Positions 12,383 to 22,407 of a stretch of DNA of 64,000 nt are shown here, piece by piece (positions within the stretch are counted from its first letter, which is position 1; each line of letters begins with the position of its first letter). The stretch comes from Podarcis pityusensis. Its lineage: Eukaryota. The notes under the pieces are model-generated. The model worked only from the letters and a program-made list of their open reading frames with translations, did not search any database and had not been told where the DNA came from. The position numbers were made by a program, and so were the translations under genes. The stretch lies in NCBI GenBank assembly GCA_964106645.2, contig OZ067038.1. The stretch is one strand, 5' to 3'.

Positions 12383-13483
12383 TCAAGGAACTAGTGCATC
12401 TGCATTACCTTGGCTAGGAAATATAGTGTTACGCTTAGCAACTACCTGTTGTGTCTTTGTCTCTGACTTAGACATACCCTTAACCTGGCTTGAGTTGTCA
12501 GCAATAGTAATACATGCAACAGCTGAACTAGCAAACTCTTGAGAATACCTCTTTGGTGGTACGCCCTTTGTGATTCTCTCAGACCTGCGTATGAGGTGCT
12601 GATCCTCTTTGCTGACTGGTTCAGTCTCAGGACTTTTCGAAGAACCAGTTCCAATAGTAAACAGTGGTTCATCCTTAACCTGTGAAGATCTAGCTTTTGT
12701 GTGTGAACCTTTCTCAATAACTGTGTCAACAGAACTCTCTGAGCTTTCTGTGTCACTTTCAGTATCACTATAATCAGAATAATCAAATTCATCATCTGAA
12801 TCATCAGCAGTGGGAAATGTGTGAAAAATTACTCTCTCCTGTCCAGGAGCACTCTCTAGAAATTTTGTGAGAATCACCTGACCAGATTCAGACAAAATTA
12901 CTCTGTAGAGACTCTTTTCATAACCCTCAAAAATGCCTCTGGCATTCTTCACCCCATCTGGAGTTTCCGTCCTGATTTGAGATCCAAAAACCTTAAAATG
13001 TGAGACAGAAGGTTTTCTGCGGAATAGCCTCTCAAAAGGAGAACATTCCATACCCTTTGAAACCTTTCTCACCCAAGTGTAACAAAAACATGATAAAGAT
13101 TCAGCGCAATACTCATGTGGCAAGTGTGAACTCAGCAATTGTGCCTTCATGCCATTCTGCAACACTCTGTTCACTTTTACACACACAGTTTTCTTCCATG
13201 CAGCCTCTGAAACAGCAACCTTGTGCTCTATCCCTTGCTTCTCCAGGAAATCCTGAAAATCCTGTGAAAGAAAAATTGGTTTCTCATCTGTGAAAAGAAA
13301 ATCAATTTTAGCATCATGAATATTCTTAACCTTATCACAAAACTCCTTAAGCCTTTCTAAGGTTTCTCTGGGATTCTGCAACATGTAAATCCATACATAT
13401 TGAGAAAAATGATCAACAAATACAAGATAGTATTTTGCATTGCCTCTAGATGGTGCTAAAGGACCAATTACATCAGCATACAC
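12383..13483 (-). CDS. Copia integrase core, SH3-like region and acidic linker; catalytically degenerate; continues the upstream frame after one TGA
   Basis: VYADVIGP, YYLVFVDHFSQYVWIY, FTDE, SPFERLFRRKPSVSHFKVFG, ARGIFEGY..YRV, IRRSERITKGVPPKRY; no YVDD RT motif follows. Confidence 0.85.
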   Translation of the reverse strand: MYADVIGPLAPSRGNAKYYLVFVDHFSQYVWIYMLQNPRETLERLKEFCDKVKNIHDAKIDFLFTDEKPIFLSQDFQDFLEKQGIEHKVAVSEAAWKKTVCVKVNRVLQNGMKAQLLSSHLPHEYCAESLSCFCYTWVRKVSKGMECSPFERLFRRKPSVSHFKVFGSQIRTETPDGVKNARGIFEGYEKSLYRVILSESGQVILTKFLESAPGQERVIFHTFPTADDSDDEFDYSDYSDTESDTESSESSVDTVIEKGSHTKARSSQVKDEPLFTIGTGSSKSPETEPVSKEDQHLIRRSERITKGVPPKRYSQEFASSAVACITIADNSSQVKGMSKSETKTQQVVAKRNTIFPSQGNADALVP

Positions 13484-14620
13484 TCACTGAAAAAGACTGT
13501 TAATCTTTGTTGCCTTTCCTCTTGTGTCTTCTTTCAAGATACCTGCAAGAGAAAGCATTTTAGATTCACATGCTGTGCACATTTTATAGTCCGATTCCTC
13601 AAATGTCAACAGATACAGTCCATCTTTCTCTCTGGCAGAAAGATACAGCTCTCCATCTTTGTAGATTTTGCAGCTTTCCTCATCATAGGATAACACCAGT
13701 TTCTTCTTAGTTATTTGAGAAACACTCAGCAAATTGTACTTGAAATCTGGAACAAAATAAACATTGTTTATAGTCAAGTTCAGGCTTTCTAGATACACAG
13801 TTCCGATCCCGGTCGCTTCCATTTCCTGACCATTGGCCAGTTTCACAGTGAAGCGTTGCTTCTCAAACGTAGAAAACAGTTCCCGGCGTGATGCCATGGG
13901 TTGCGTCGCTCCTGTGTCTACAATAAATGAGTTCTCCACGGATGATGTGGCTTTTAGTGACATCAAAGCCATATCTGGTTTTGCCTGGGACTGGATACGA
14001 CCTTTGCTTGAAGCCTCAGGCTTTACAGAGCTCCCTCTAGCTCCTTTCTCTCCTTTCTCCTGACGTGGTGTCTCCTGACGAACAGCGTTCTGAGCTACAG
14101 CTTTCTCCTCTGTAGCAATTGTAGTGGGGGTGCTAGATTTCCAAACTTCACTCCCCCCCTCAGCAACAGCCATTGCAGCAGTGCTAGGATCATCAACAGC
14201 AACAGCAGCAACCGTCCCTTCACTTCCTTGTTGTGGCTCAAAGCTCCTCCCAGCTTTCGATGAGCTCTCAAGAATTTGGCTAGCTTCATCTTGGCTTTCC
14301 CCCTTTGGCGCAACCAATTCTCGGTCCTTGCTTCCCACCCCAGCTTCACAAGCTTTGCGGAGTGACTCCCAAGTGACCCTTGGTTCTGCTGCACCCTTTA
14401 GGACTGGCTCAAGATAAGCGTCCACATTTTCCGCCAAAATTCTCAGGACACGCTGCTTCAATTCACTTTGAACTGCAGCCTTCTTCCCCTGTGCTTGTAC
14501 AGCACCAGGCTGTGGGGTTTGTACTAAGTCCCATAATTGCTCTCCCACCAGCAAGAATTCCATTGCAAATGACCATTCTAGCCAGTTTTGGCTATTCAGT
14601 TTCTGAGAGAACAGAGCTAT
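13484..14620 (-). CDS. Copia Gag-like N-terminus and aspartic protease
   Basis: Frame is open upstream of the tracked Met: QKLNSQNWLEWSFAMEFLLVGEQLWDLV (copia Gag start); protease IVDTGAT..VKLANG..GIG..VYFVPDFKYNLLSVSQI; start codon uncertain (ATA at 14620 or ATG at 14563). Confidence 0.85.
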   Translation of the reverse strand: MALFSQKLNSQNWLEWSFAMEFLLVGEQLWDLVQTPQPGAVQAQGKKAAVQSELKQRVLRILAENVDAYLEPVLKGAAEPRVTWESLRKACEAGVGSKDRELVAPKGESQDEASQILESSSKAGRSFEPQQGSEGTVAAVAVDDPSTAAMAVAEGGSEVWKSSTPTTIATEEKAVAQNAVRQETPRQEKGEKGARGSSVKPEASSKGRIQSQAKPDMALMSLKATSSVENSFIVDTGATQPMASRRELFSTFEKQRFTVKLANGQEMEATGIGTVYLESLNLTINNVYFVPDFKYNLLSVSQITKKKLVLSYDEESCKIYKDGELYLSAREKDGLYLLTFEESDYKMCTACESKMLSLAGILKEDTRGKATKINSLFQ

Positions 14621-15168
14621 CTTTATCCCAAGCTGCAGCTTCAGCTACAAGCTGGAAAATCCAATAGTCTATTGGGCTGTTTACAAGCTGCTTGCACATG
14701 GCAGTCAGCCCAGCTGCCTGGAATTTTCCCCTTCCACAGAATCTGTAAACAACAAGCCTTCGCTGCAATCCAACAGCAATCAGCAAGGTGCACTCTGCTT
14801 TGGAAAGTCCCCTTTCCAACTGTTTGTTTACAACAAGCGTCGCTGAAAAACACCCAGCCTTGCTTTCGCTTTTGAAGCTTTTTTCTCTCTCTATGCTCTT
14901 TAAGCTAACCAGCTCATAAATTTTAGCTCAAAAAGTACTCACGACTTGTCGCATAGCAACGGAACTTCTTATCAGCTCTGGAATGCGAAGTATGTGGCCT
15001 CTCTCCGCTCTGTTTTATCCAAAACAGGAGCTTTTTTCTCAGTGAACCGAAGACTTTTCAATTCGTGTTCACCATCCAGCCATAAATCAGCATCGCAGAG
15101 GTCCGTGGATCGCGGCTTATCAGCAAAAAAAATGTCTCCCACCTGGTGCTCATCCGTCTTGTTGTTGC

Positions 15169-15186
15169 AACCATCCTCTGCTACCA
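15169..15186 (-). promoter_or_regulatory. Primer binding site for initiator tRNA-Met
   Basis: TGGTAGCAGAGGATGGTT is complementary to the 3' 18 nt of vertebrate tRNA-iMet (AACCAUCCUCUGCUACCA) and lies 2 nt from the 5' LTR. Confidence 0.92.
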
Positions 15187-15188
15187 CT

Positions 15189-15627
15189 TGTCGGTTTGCA
15201 AGCCCCCTGCACAGAGGCTGGCCCCTCTCACTGTCCTCAGAGCTTGCTTACCGGTAACCTCCTCTGGCTGACATCCAGACAGACCAGGGAGATTTTGATA
15301 GGTGACATTTTCCCAAGAGTGGGTAAAATGCACAACTCCTCTCTCCTGCTTTCGCAGGGGAAAGAAAATAAGTCAGAAATCTATTTACATGATGTTTATT
15401 TCTGACATTACAGCACTAGAGAAAAACACGTCCTTTCAGTTCAGTTCTTCCAGCACGTCAGGCAAACTTCCTGAACATGCGCACGCAGAAGGTTTCAAGT
15501 TACACTCTTCACAAAGACTTATCCAGCCTGTGAACGTCCTGGGAAATTCTTCTTTCCCACAGATAGGCGCATCATGTGATGTCAACAATCTGGCTGTCTG
15601 CAGCGGTGATGTTTCCATATACTGACA
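15189..15627 (-). repeat. 5' LTR (439 bp)
   Basis: TG..CA termini; direct repeat of 11786-12223; adjacent to the PBS. Confidence 0.96.
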
Positions 15628-16721
15628 AGGAGTACAACAGCCAGGAGGAAGGCAATGACGTCAATAGAGTGATACTGGATCCAGTAGAGGTCATGTGCTG
15701 CCGGCCTCAAGTGGGGAGCCCCCTTGTGCTTCATCACAAACTCCACCCAATGCACCGCAAGGTCAAGAGGTTCAATGGGCCTGTCCAGGTGGAGAGCTGA
15801 GAGATGCTGGATGTTCTCTTTATACCTAAAAGAAAGGAACCTCTTTAGGAAATAAATATTACAGGGAAATAAAACACACAGCATATAGGAGCAGATTTCC
15901 AAAGCATTTGAAATCCAAGTGGAGTTGATACTGTTCTGAGAGACTGGGGACATGGGATGCAAACCCCTCCCCTGTTCCTGTGTGTGCAGATACTTCGGGA
16001 TACTCTGTATACAGCTTATACAGGGTGACTGAGGCCAGAGTTCCAATGCTTTTAGTAGCTGAACCCTAAGTTTTCTCTGGTGGATCTTTCACATAGCTGA
16101 TCTGTCTCCTACGTGACAGCTGCTGCTAATCACAGGTCCTTGGAGATAAAAATGGAGAATGATGCAGTGTCCAGGAACTTCTGTGGGGCAACTGATGATA
16201 CTGGTGACCACCAGCAGGTGGCAGTTGGAGGAGGGATGATCTCAGTCAGTGTCTCTTAAAGACAGAATGTGGCCTGCTGAGGGAAGCAGGAGCTGGTAGG
16301 TAGTCAAGAACAGGGCCACTTCCCAATGTGGAAGGAGATGCCCCCTGCCTTCACTGCTGCTTCCTGACATTTCCTCCAAGGCTGTCCTTTTCCATTCCCT
16401 TCAGTTGCCCCACAGTGACTGTGTAAACTGGAAATAGGATGGTATGAATCAGCACAGGGTATAATAACAAACAGCAGATTTGCTGGCAACCCTTGGCAGA
16501 AACAGCGTTGCCAAGGAGCAAAGATGGAATATTGTGCAGGACAGTGGTTTGCGATTGTTATGGAATGCTTTCCAGATTAACCTGTCTGTGAAGGAACCCC
16601 TGGAAACTCCTGTGCATTATGGAGGATTTTGGAGAATACTCCAGGGCACTTGGCTCACCTGGAGCACTGGCGCGGCTTCTTGGCCCTCCCCCCTGCCCCC
16701 ACTTATTGTTAGAAGATACTC

Positions 16722-17878
16722 ATAGAATCATAGAGTTGGAAGAGACCACAAGGGCCATCGAGTCCAACCCCCTGCCAAGCAGGAAACACCATCAGAGCAC
16801 TCCTGACATAGAAATCCATGCTGACTATTGGTGATCACAGCATTCCTTTCTAGGTGCTCACAGACTGTTTGCTTAATGATCTGCTCCAGAATCTTCCCTG
16901 GTATTGATGTCAGACTGACTGGGCGGTAATTATTTGGGTCCTCTCTTTTCCTCTTTTTGAAAATAGGGACAACATTTGCCCTCCTCCAGTCTGCCGGGAC
17001 TTCGCCTGTTCTCCAGGAATTCTCAAAGATGACTGCCAGTGGTTCTAAGATCACATCTGCCAGTTCTTTTAATACTCTTGGATGCAGTTCATCTGGCCCT
17101 GGAGACCTGAATACATCTAAACTAGCCAAGTATTCTTGTACTATCTCCTTAGTTATTCTGGGCTGTGTTTCCTTTGCTGAATCATTTGCTCCAAATTCTT
17201 CAGGTCAGGCATTGTTTTCTTTATCGGAGAAGACTGAGGCAAAGAAGGCATTGAGGAGTTCAGCCCTTTCTGTGTCCGCTGTTTGCATTTCACCATCTTC
17301 TCCTCTGAGTGACCCCACTGTTTCTTTGTTCTTCCTTTTGCTACGAACATACCCATAAAAGCCTTTTTTGTTGCTTTTAACCTCTCTAGCAAGCCTGAGT
17401 TCATTCTGTGCTTTAGCTTTTCTGATTTTGTGTCTACACGTGCTGGCTATTTGTTTGAATTTCTCTTTGGTGGTTTCCCCCCTTTTCAATTTTTTGTACA
17501 CATCCTTTTTTAATCTTAACTCAGTTAAAAGTTCTTTAGATAGCCACCCTGGCTTCTTTAGGCACCTTCCATGCTTCCATCTCATTGGTATTGCCTGAAG
17601 TTGTGCTTTTACTATCTCCCTCTTAATAAACTCCCAGCCATCATGAACTCCCTTTCCTTTTAGTATTACTGTCCATGAGATCTCACCCAGCACTTCCCTA
17701 AGTTTTATGAAGTCGGCTTTCTTAAAGTCAAGAAATTGAGTCCTAGTATGCTTGGCTGCTCCTTTCCACTGTATAGTAAACTTCAGAAGAGCATGATCAC
17801 TCGCGCCTAATGATCCTTCCACTTCTACCCCACTAACCAGGTCATCAACATTGGTTAGGACCAGATCTAAAATGGCTA
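16722..17878 (-). mobile_element. CR1 LINE, 5' truncated and internally deleted
   Basis: [15 protein letters not shown] (EN end), SPGPDELHPRVLKEL, NYRPVSLTSIPGK, QHGF, then a jump at ~16810 to the CR1 3' UTR and ATTCTATG tail. Confidence 0.92.
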
Positions 17879-18041
17879 TATCCAAATATATCATTTCGTT
17901 GTTTATGTTCTATCTGTCTTATAGTAGTTTCTATGTTAGTTATTTCCAAAGTGTGTCTCTACTTGAGACTGTAATATGAAGCTTTGTTTCTGTATCAATA
18001 TGATATACTGTATGTATCTTCCTGATCTTACACAGTGACAA

Positions 18042-18420
18042 GGGCTGTGGGTGGCGCTGTGGTCTAAACCACTGAGCCTCTTGAGCTTGCCGATCAGAAG
18101 GTCGGCGGTTCGAATCCTTGCGATGGGGTGAGCTCCCGTTAATCTGTCCCAGCTTCTGCCAACATAGCAGGTCGGAAGCACACCAGTGCAAGTAGATAAA
18201 TAGGTACCACTGTGGTGAGAAGGTAAACGGTGTTTCTGTGTGTTCTGGTTTCCGTCATGGTGTCCCGTTGCACCAGAAGTGGTTTAGTCCTGCTGGCCAC
18301 ATGATCCGGAAAAGCTGTCTGTGGACAAACACTGGTTCCCTTGGCCTGAAAGCGAGATGAGCGCCGCAACCCCATAGTTGTCTTTGACTGGACTTAACCA
18401 TCTGGGGTCCTTTACCTTTT
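18042..18420 (+). mobile_element. Sauria SINE, full length
   Basis: Same head and tail as the 10529 copy; TSD TTACACA/GGTGACA. Confidence 0.92.
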
Positions 18421-20123
18421 TACACGGTGACAGTACAGGCTCCTAAACAGCACCACAGCACCACCTGCAGGGTCTACAAAGACAACACTCCAATTCACAA
18501 GTTTACTGCTTTGAATGAATAGATCATTCATAAACTGATAGAGGACACATAAAACATTCAAGCTCCTTACATACATATGTCAAACACATTGTCACAAGCA
18601 GAGAAAAATGCCCAATTTCCCGGTAACCATTATTCCGCAAATCAATAGTTGGAACATGTCCAGACAAATAAAGGGCTTCTCCACATGTCCGTTTACTATG
18701 CATTTGCTCTTTGTTATGTGAGCAAGGTTTTTCAACGTGTACACATCATCCTTAACAAAATGGCAGCCCCAAATTCCTACACATTTAATCCAGATTTTCC
18801 CAATCCATGGATAATCCACTGAGGAAAAATGGCCCAGTACAAAAATGTAGTCACTGCTGACAGGGAAGCTTCTTTGGTGGAATCTGCACACATATAAAAA
18901 CCGTTCTGAAAATGCTTTTTGAAAAGTGTTTTTAAAAATACGTTGAATTTTCCATAAGGACCACTATTGCCATCTAGTGTGACATTGTATATTACACTTA
19001 AAACACACTTAAACATTTTATTTGCAGCTGTATAGCTGAGTCTTTGGTGCACTTTATTTTTGGGGGAAGGTAGTTTGTCATGTACCCCTCTGGGTAGGAG
19101 GGGCTTTTATTTTCATACCCCTTACCTGTATATGCTGCTCAGCTGAATACAATCTAGCCATTTCATTTCCAGTGACCAAAATGCTGCTGCACACTGAAGG
19201 CACAACAAAAACACATCTAAAGGCTATAACTACTGTAACAATATTCAACAACAACAACAAGAGCACGGAGGTCTTGTGCAGGCCTGCTCTGGCACAGGAA
19301 GCCAGTGATAATTCTGTTTAAAAATATATACCATGTCTCTGCAAAAAGAAAAGAAAAACACCCCACAAGCCTCTATTTTGCCCACCATCAATTGGCTTGA
19401 ACTGGTATTTATCTGCCCCCCCCCCCCCAGTTTAGCCATCTGTCCCCACCCCCTTTTGCAGCCACCACAAATCAAGAGCTCTGTGACTTTGCTGCTGCCA
19501 CTCTCTGTTCCACCTCTATTCCGCTGAGCAGCAGCACTGCCACTGCTGGGAGGGCACTTCTTTCCCAAACACACAACACACACTGCAAAATAAAAAATTC
19601 CTTCCAGTAGCACCTCAGAGACCAACTAAGTTTGTTATTCGCATTCTGAACCAGGTAACTACATTATCACTAATTTCAAAAGTTATAGCAACCAGTTTAG
19701 TAGGCATGTTTGTTGAAAAAAGTTGGATTTTCAGATTGTCAATTTGATGTAATTGTTTAAGCTGGTCCTCTCTGTGATTCTTTTTTGATTTAAACCAGTC
19801 CCCTCTGCATTCAGGTCGGTAGTTCAAGTTTGTGAATAGCTATGTGAGAAGGAAGCAATCCTCCCCATCAAAATTATCCACCTATAAGCAATTGTCCTGA
19901 AGCAAAATATTTGGTTGATGAGTTCAAACTCCCTGACCCCACCCCACCCAGTGAGCATAATTAGAGTGCAGTATGGAAAAAAAACTGGCTTTTGGACATG
20001 TAGTGCTCCTGAATAAAATTGTGTTTAAAAGGCAAATGTACCTGTGAATGTGAAGACCCCTGGAGATCAGAGAGAGCTGAATTAAGGCATTCAGGAGTAA
20101 AGTTGGCTGATCTTCCTTTGCAG

Positions 20124-20214
20124 GAATGGCAAAAGCTGAACTATGACATCTATACCCTACGGCAAATGCGAAGGGAAGTGAGAAACAGGTGGAAATGCAT
20201 TTTGGAAGATTTGG
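20124..20214 (+). CDS. MREG: Melanoregulin internal coding exon (exon 3 equivalent)
   Basis: tttgcag|[31 protein letters not shown]|gtaagc; 91 nt, phase 0 to 1; near-identical to mammalian MREG. Confidence 0.95.
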
Positions 20215-20310
20215 GTAAGCTCAGGCTATTTTCTTATAGTTAACATACAAACAGTATGTATATGTGAGGGAGGGAAATCTAATAAACACACAAAAAGAAA
20301 AACAAAGATA

Positions 20311-20805
20311 CTGTGTTTTTTGCTCTATAGGACGCACTTTTTTCCCTTCAAAAATGAAGGGGAAATGTGTGTGCGTCCTATGGAGCGAAGACGCCATAGC
20401 CCCGCGACCCTCTCCCGGCTGGAGAGGTGACGCGCGGCTAAGGCAGGAGCCTCTCCGCTGCGCCTTTCCACTGCTCCCTGACCTGCTCTTTGGGGCTGGT
20501 GGTGGGCTTCCCCCCGCCAGCCCCAAAGAGCAGGTCGAAAGGAACCTGAAGCCTGGAGAGCGAGAGGGGTCAGTGCACACCGACCCCTCTCGCTCTCCAG
20601 GCTTCCAAGGTAGCCGCCTTGGCACCTTGTTTTAGAGCGGGAAAACAAGAGGGGGAAAATTCTCCCCCTCTCTGCGCAGCGCCTCCTGCCGCTTCGCTGA
20701 AGGGGCGCTGGGCAGAGAGGGGGAGAATTTTTTTTTCTTGTTCTCCCCCCTCTAAAACAAGGTGCATCCTATTGTCCGGTGTGTCCTATGGTGCAAAAAA
20801 TACGG
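20311..20805. mobile_element. Tc1/mariner (pogo/Tc2-like) MITE in an MREG intron
   Basis: TA TSD; TIRs CTGTGTTTTTTGCTCTATAGGAC / GTCCTATGGTGCAAAAAATACGG; GC-rich core with a central hairpin. Confidence 0.8.
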
Positions 20806-20998
20806 TATATGCACTCAATTTTGTGTAATAGTGAGATATTAAAAAAACCAAAAACCCTATTACTTAATACTGTGCCCCATTTCATTTTACCACTGGGTTT
20901 CCCATGTGTCTGCAAGATGAAGGCTACCTTTTTATCCTTTGCAAAGATATTTGCAGTAACCTGCATTTGCTAACATGGGACTTAAAATCCTGTCCTAG

Positions 20999-21162
20999 GT
21001 TTTCTGAAGGAAGCAGATACCCTGTTATCAGTGACCAAACGAAGCATTGTCAGTGACTCTCAGAACATGAGCAAAGCCCGAGAGATCCTCTTGAGGCTGT
21101 CTGAGGAGACAGCTATTTTCCCAACAAGCTGGGAGCTTTCAGAGAGATACCTCTTTGTGGTG
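20999..21162 (+). CDS. MREG: Melanoregulin coding exon (exon 4 equivalent)
   Basis: cctag|(G)FLKEADTLLSVTKRSIVSDSQNMSKAREILLRLSEETAIFPTSWELSERYLFVV|gtaagt; 164 nt; phase compatible with both neighbours. Confidence 0.95.
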
Positions 21163-21479
21163 GTAAGTCTTGACTTCTCTCTCTCCTGTGATTACTTTTT
21201 CATACGCTTTTATGGAACTGCTCAGTGTGATTTGGAAAGTATATTGGATTATGACCTAGTAGTGCCTGTCTAGCTGCATACAGTCCTGTTCAGGATTGGA
21301 CTAGGAATGACCTATTCAGCACAAGATTCTACATCACTGCAAGCTTGCATTAATATAGAAATATAGCAACTTTTGTGCCAAGAGCCACAGATGGCATATT
21401 GACAGTTGTCTCTGGCACTGAATCAAGAGTTGGTTTCATCTGGTTGCTTTATAGACACTTCCTTCCAAAGAAATCTGCC

Positions 21480-22355
21480 CTAGAGTGTGAGCCGAGAAGA
21501 CAGTTGCTAGTACCCCAGACATACAGATAGACTGTTTTACATCTGGCTCACGAAGCTGCCTTTTCAGGACACTTGGGGCTTAAGCACACACTGGGAAAGG
21601 TTGCTAGAGAATTTTATGGCCTGATGTGTTTCAAGATGTTATATATCATGTCTTGTGATGTATACCAATGAGTGGGACATGACGGAGATCATAAGCGTTT
21701 CCCGTTACAGCCCAGTGAGATTATTGGGGAACCATTCACTAAAACTGGAATAGAAATTATTGGCCCAATGCCACAAGCCACAAAATTGGCAAGAAGTATA
21801 ACTTAACTGTTATTGATTATTGTACTTGTTTTTGTGAAATGATTCCATTATCACAAATTAGTGCCCCTTTTGTGGCAAGAGCTTTATTAAGTGTTTTTTC
21901 TCGCTGGGGCTTACCACAAACTGTCGCCAGTGACTTAGGTGGAGCTTTCATGTCCCGGTTAATGCAGCATATTTTTGAAATTACTAAAATTGAACATAGG
22001 ACAAGCCCGGCTTATTGTCATTGGATCAATGGCTTAGTTGAAAGGCTGAATAAATCTATAGGGTGCATGTTGCTGAAATAGCTCATGGAAAAGAATGGGA
22101 CCAACACCTTATGTTTTTGATGTGCACGTATCCTGATTCAGTGCTCCTCAAACTAGTATATGGGAAGTCTCTGCGCAATCCATTAAGCTTGTTAAAACAA
22201 CAGTGGGAGGGAGTGTTGTAAACAAGCCCTTTGTCTGTTTAAGATTATATGCAGAAGCTATGAACAACCTTGAGTGATGTTTGGAAAACTTCCCAAGAGA
22301 GTCTTAAAGTTGCCCAGCAGGGCCAAAAACGTCACTATGATAGAAATTCTACCTG
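21480..22355 (+). mobile_element. Degenerate Ty3/gypsy integrase fragment
   Basis: LAHE..SGHLG zinc-finger remnant, PF..TGIEIIGP, VIDYCT, RWGLPQTVASDLG, NGLVERLNKSI; multiple stops and frameshifts; no LTRs seen. Confidence 0.85.
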
Positions 22356-22407
22356 GAGATAAAGGGTTGAGTTTGCATGGAGTTCAGACGCTTTTTCTCT
22401 CATGCAG

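Larger units (their letters stand above)
11786..15627 (-). mobile_element. Ty1/copia LTR retrotransposon, non-autonomous (no RT/RNase H), 3842 bp
   Basis: Two TG..CA LTRs; 5-bp TSD AGGAG (11781-11785 and 15628-15632); PBS; PPT; domain order Gag-PR-IN. Confidence 0.95.
11681..15825 (-). pseudogene. UGT1A: UDP-glucuronosyltransferase 1A-type terminal (common exon 5) coding exon, split by an LTR element into 15825-15628 and 11785-11681
   Basis: Acceptor TTTCTTTTAG|G, then [65 protein letters not shown]. After removing the insertion it continues in frame as LALFI*LKCCLFCCRKCCCKSGRMSKKSKSKSH*, collinear with the human UGT1A end (..KKAHKSKTH). Reconstructed length 298 nt; in-frame TGA at 11765-11767. 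Confidence 0.93.

Noticed and set aside
15169-15186. tRNA-Met gene
   Set aside because: Only the 3' 18 nt including CCA are present, which makes it a PBS. SINE heads elsewhere are likewise not tRNA genes.
14972-15187. Upstream ORF in the copia leader
   Set aside because: Begins at a GTG overlapping the PBS; no recognisable domain.
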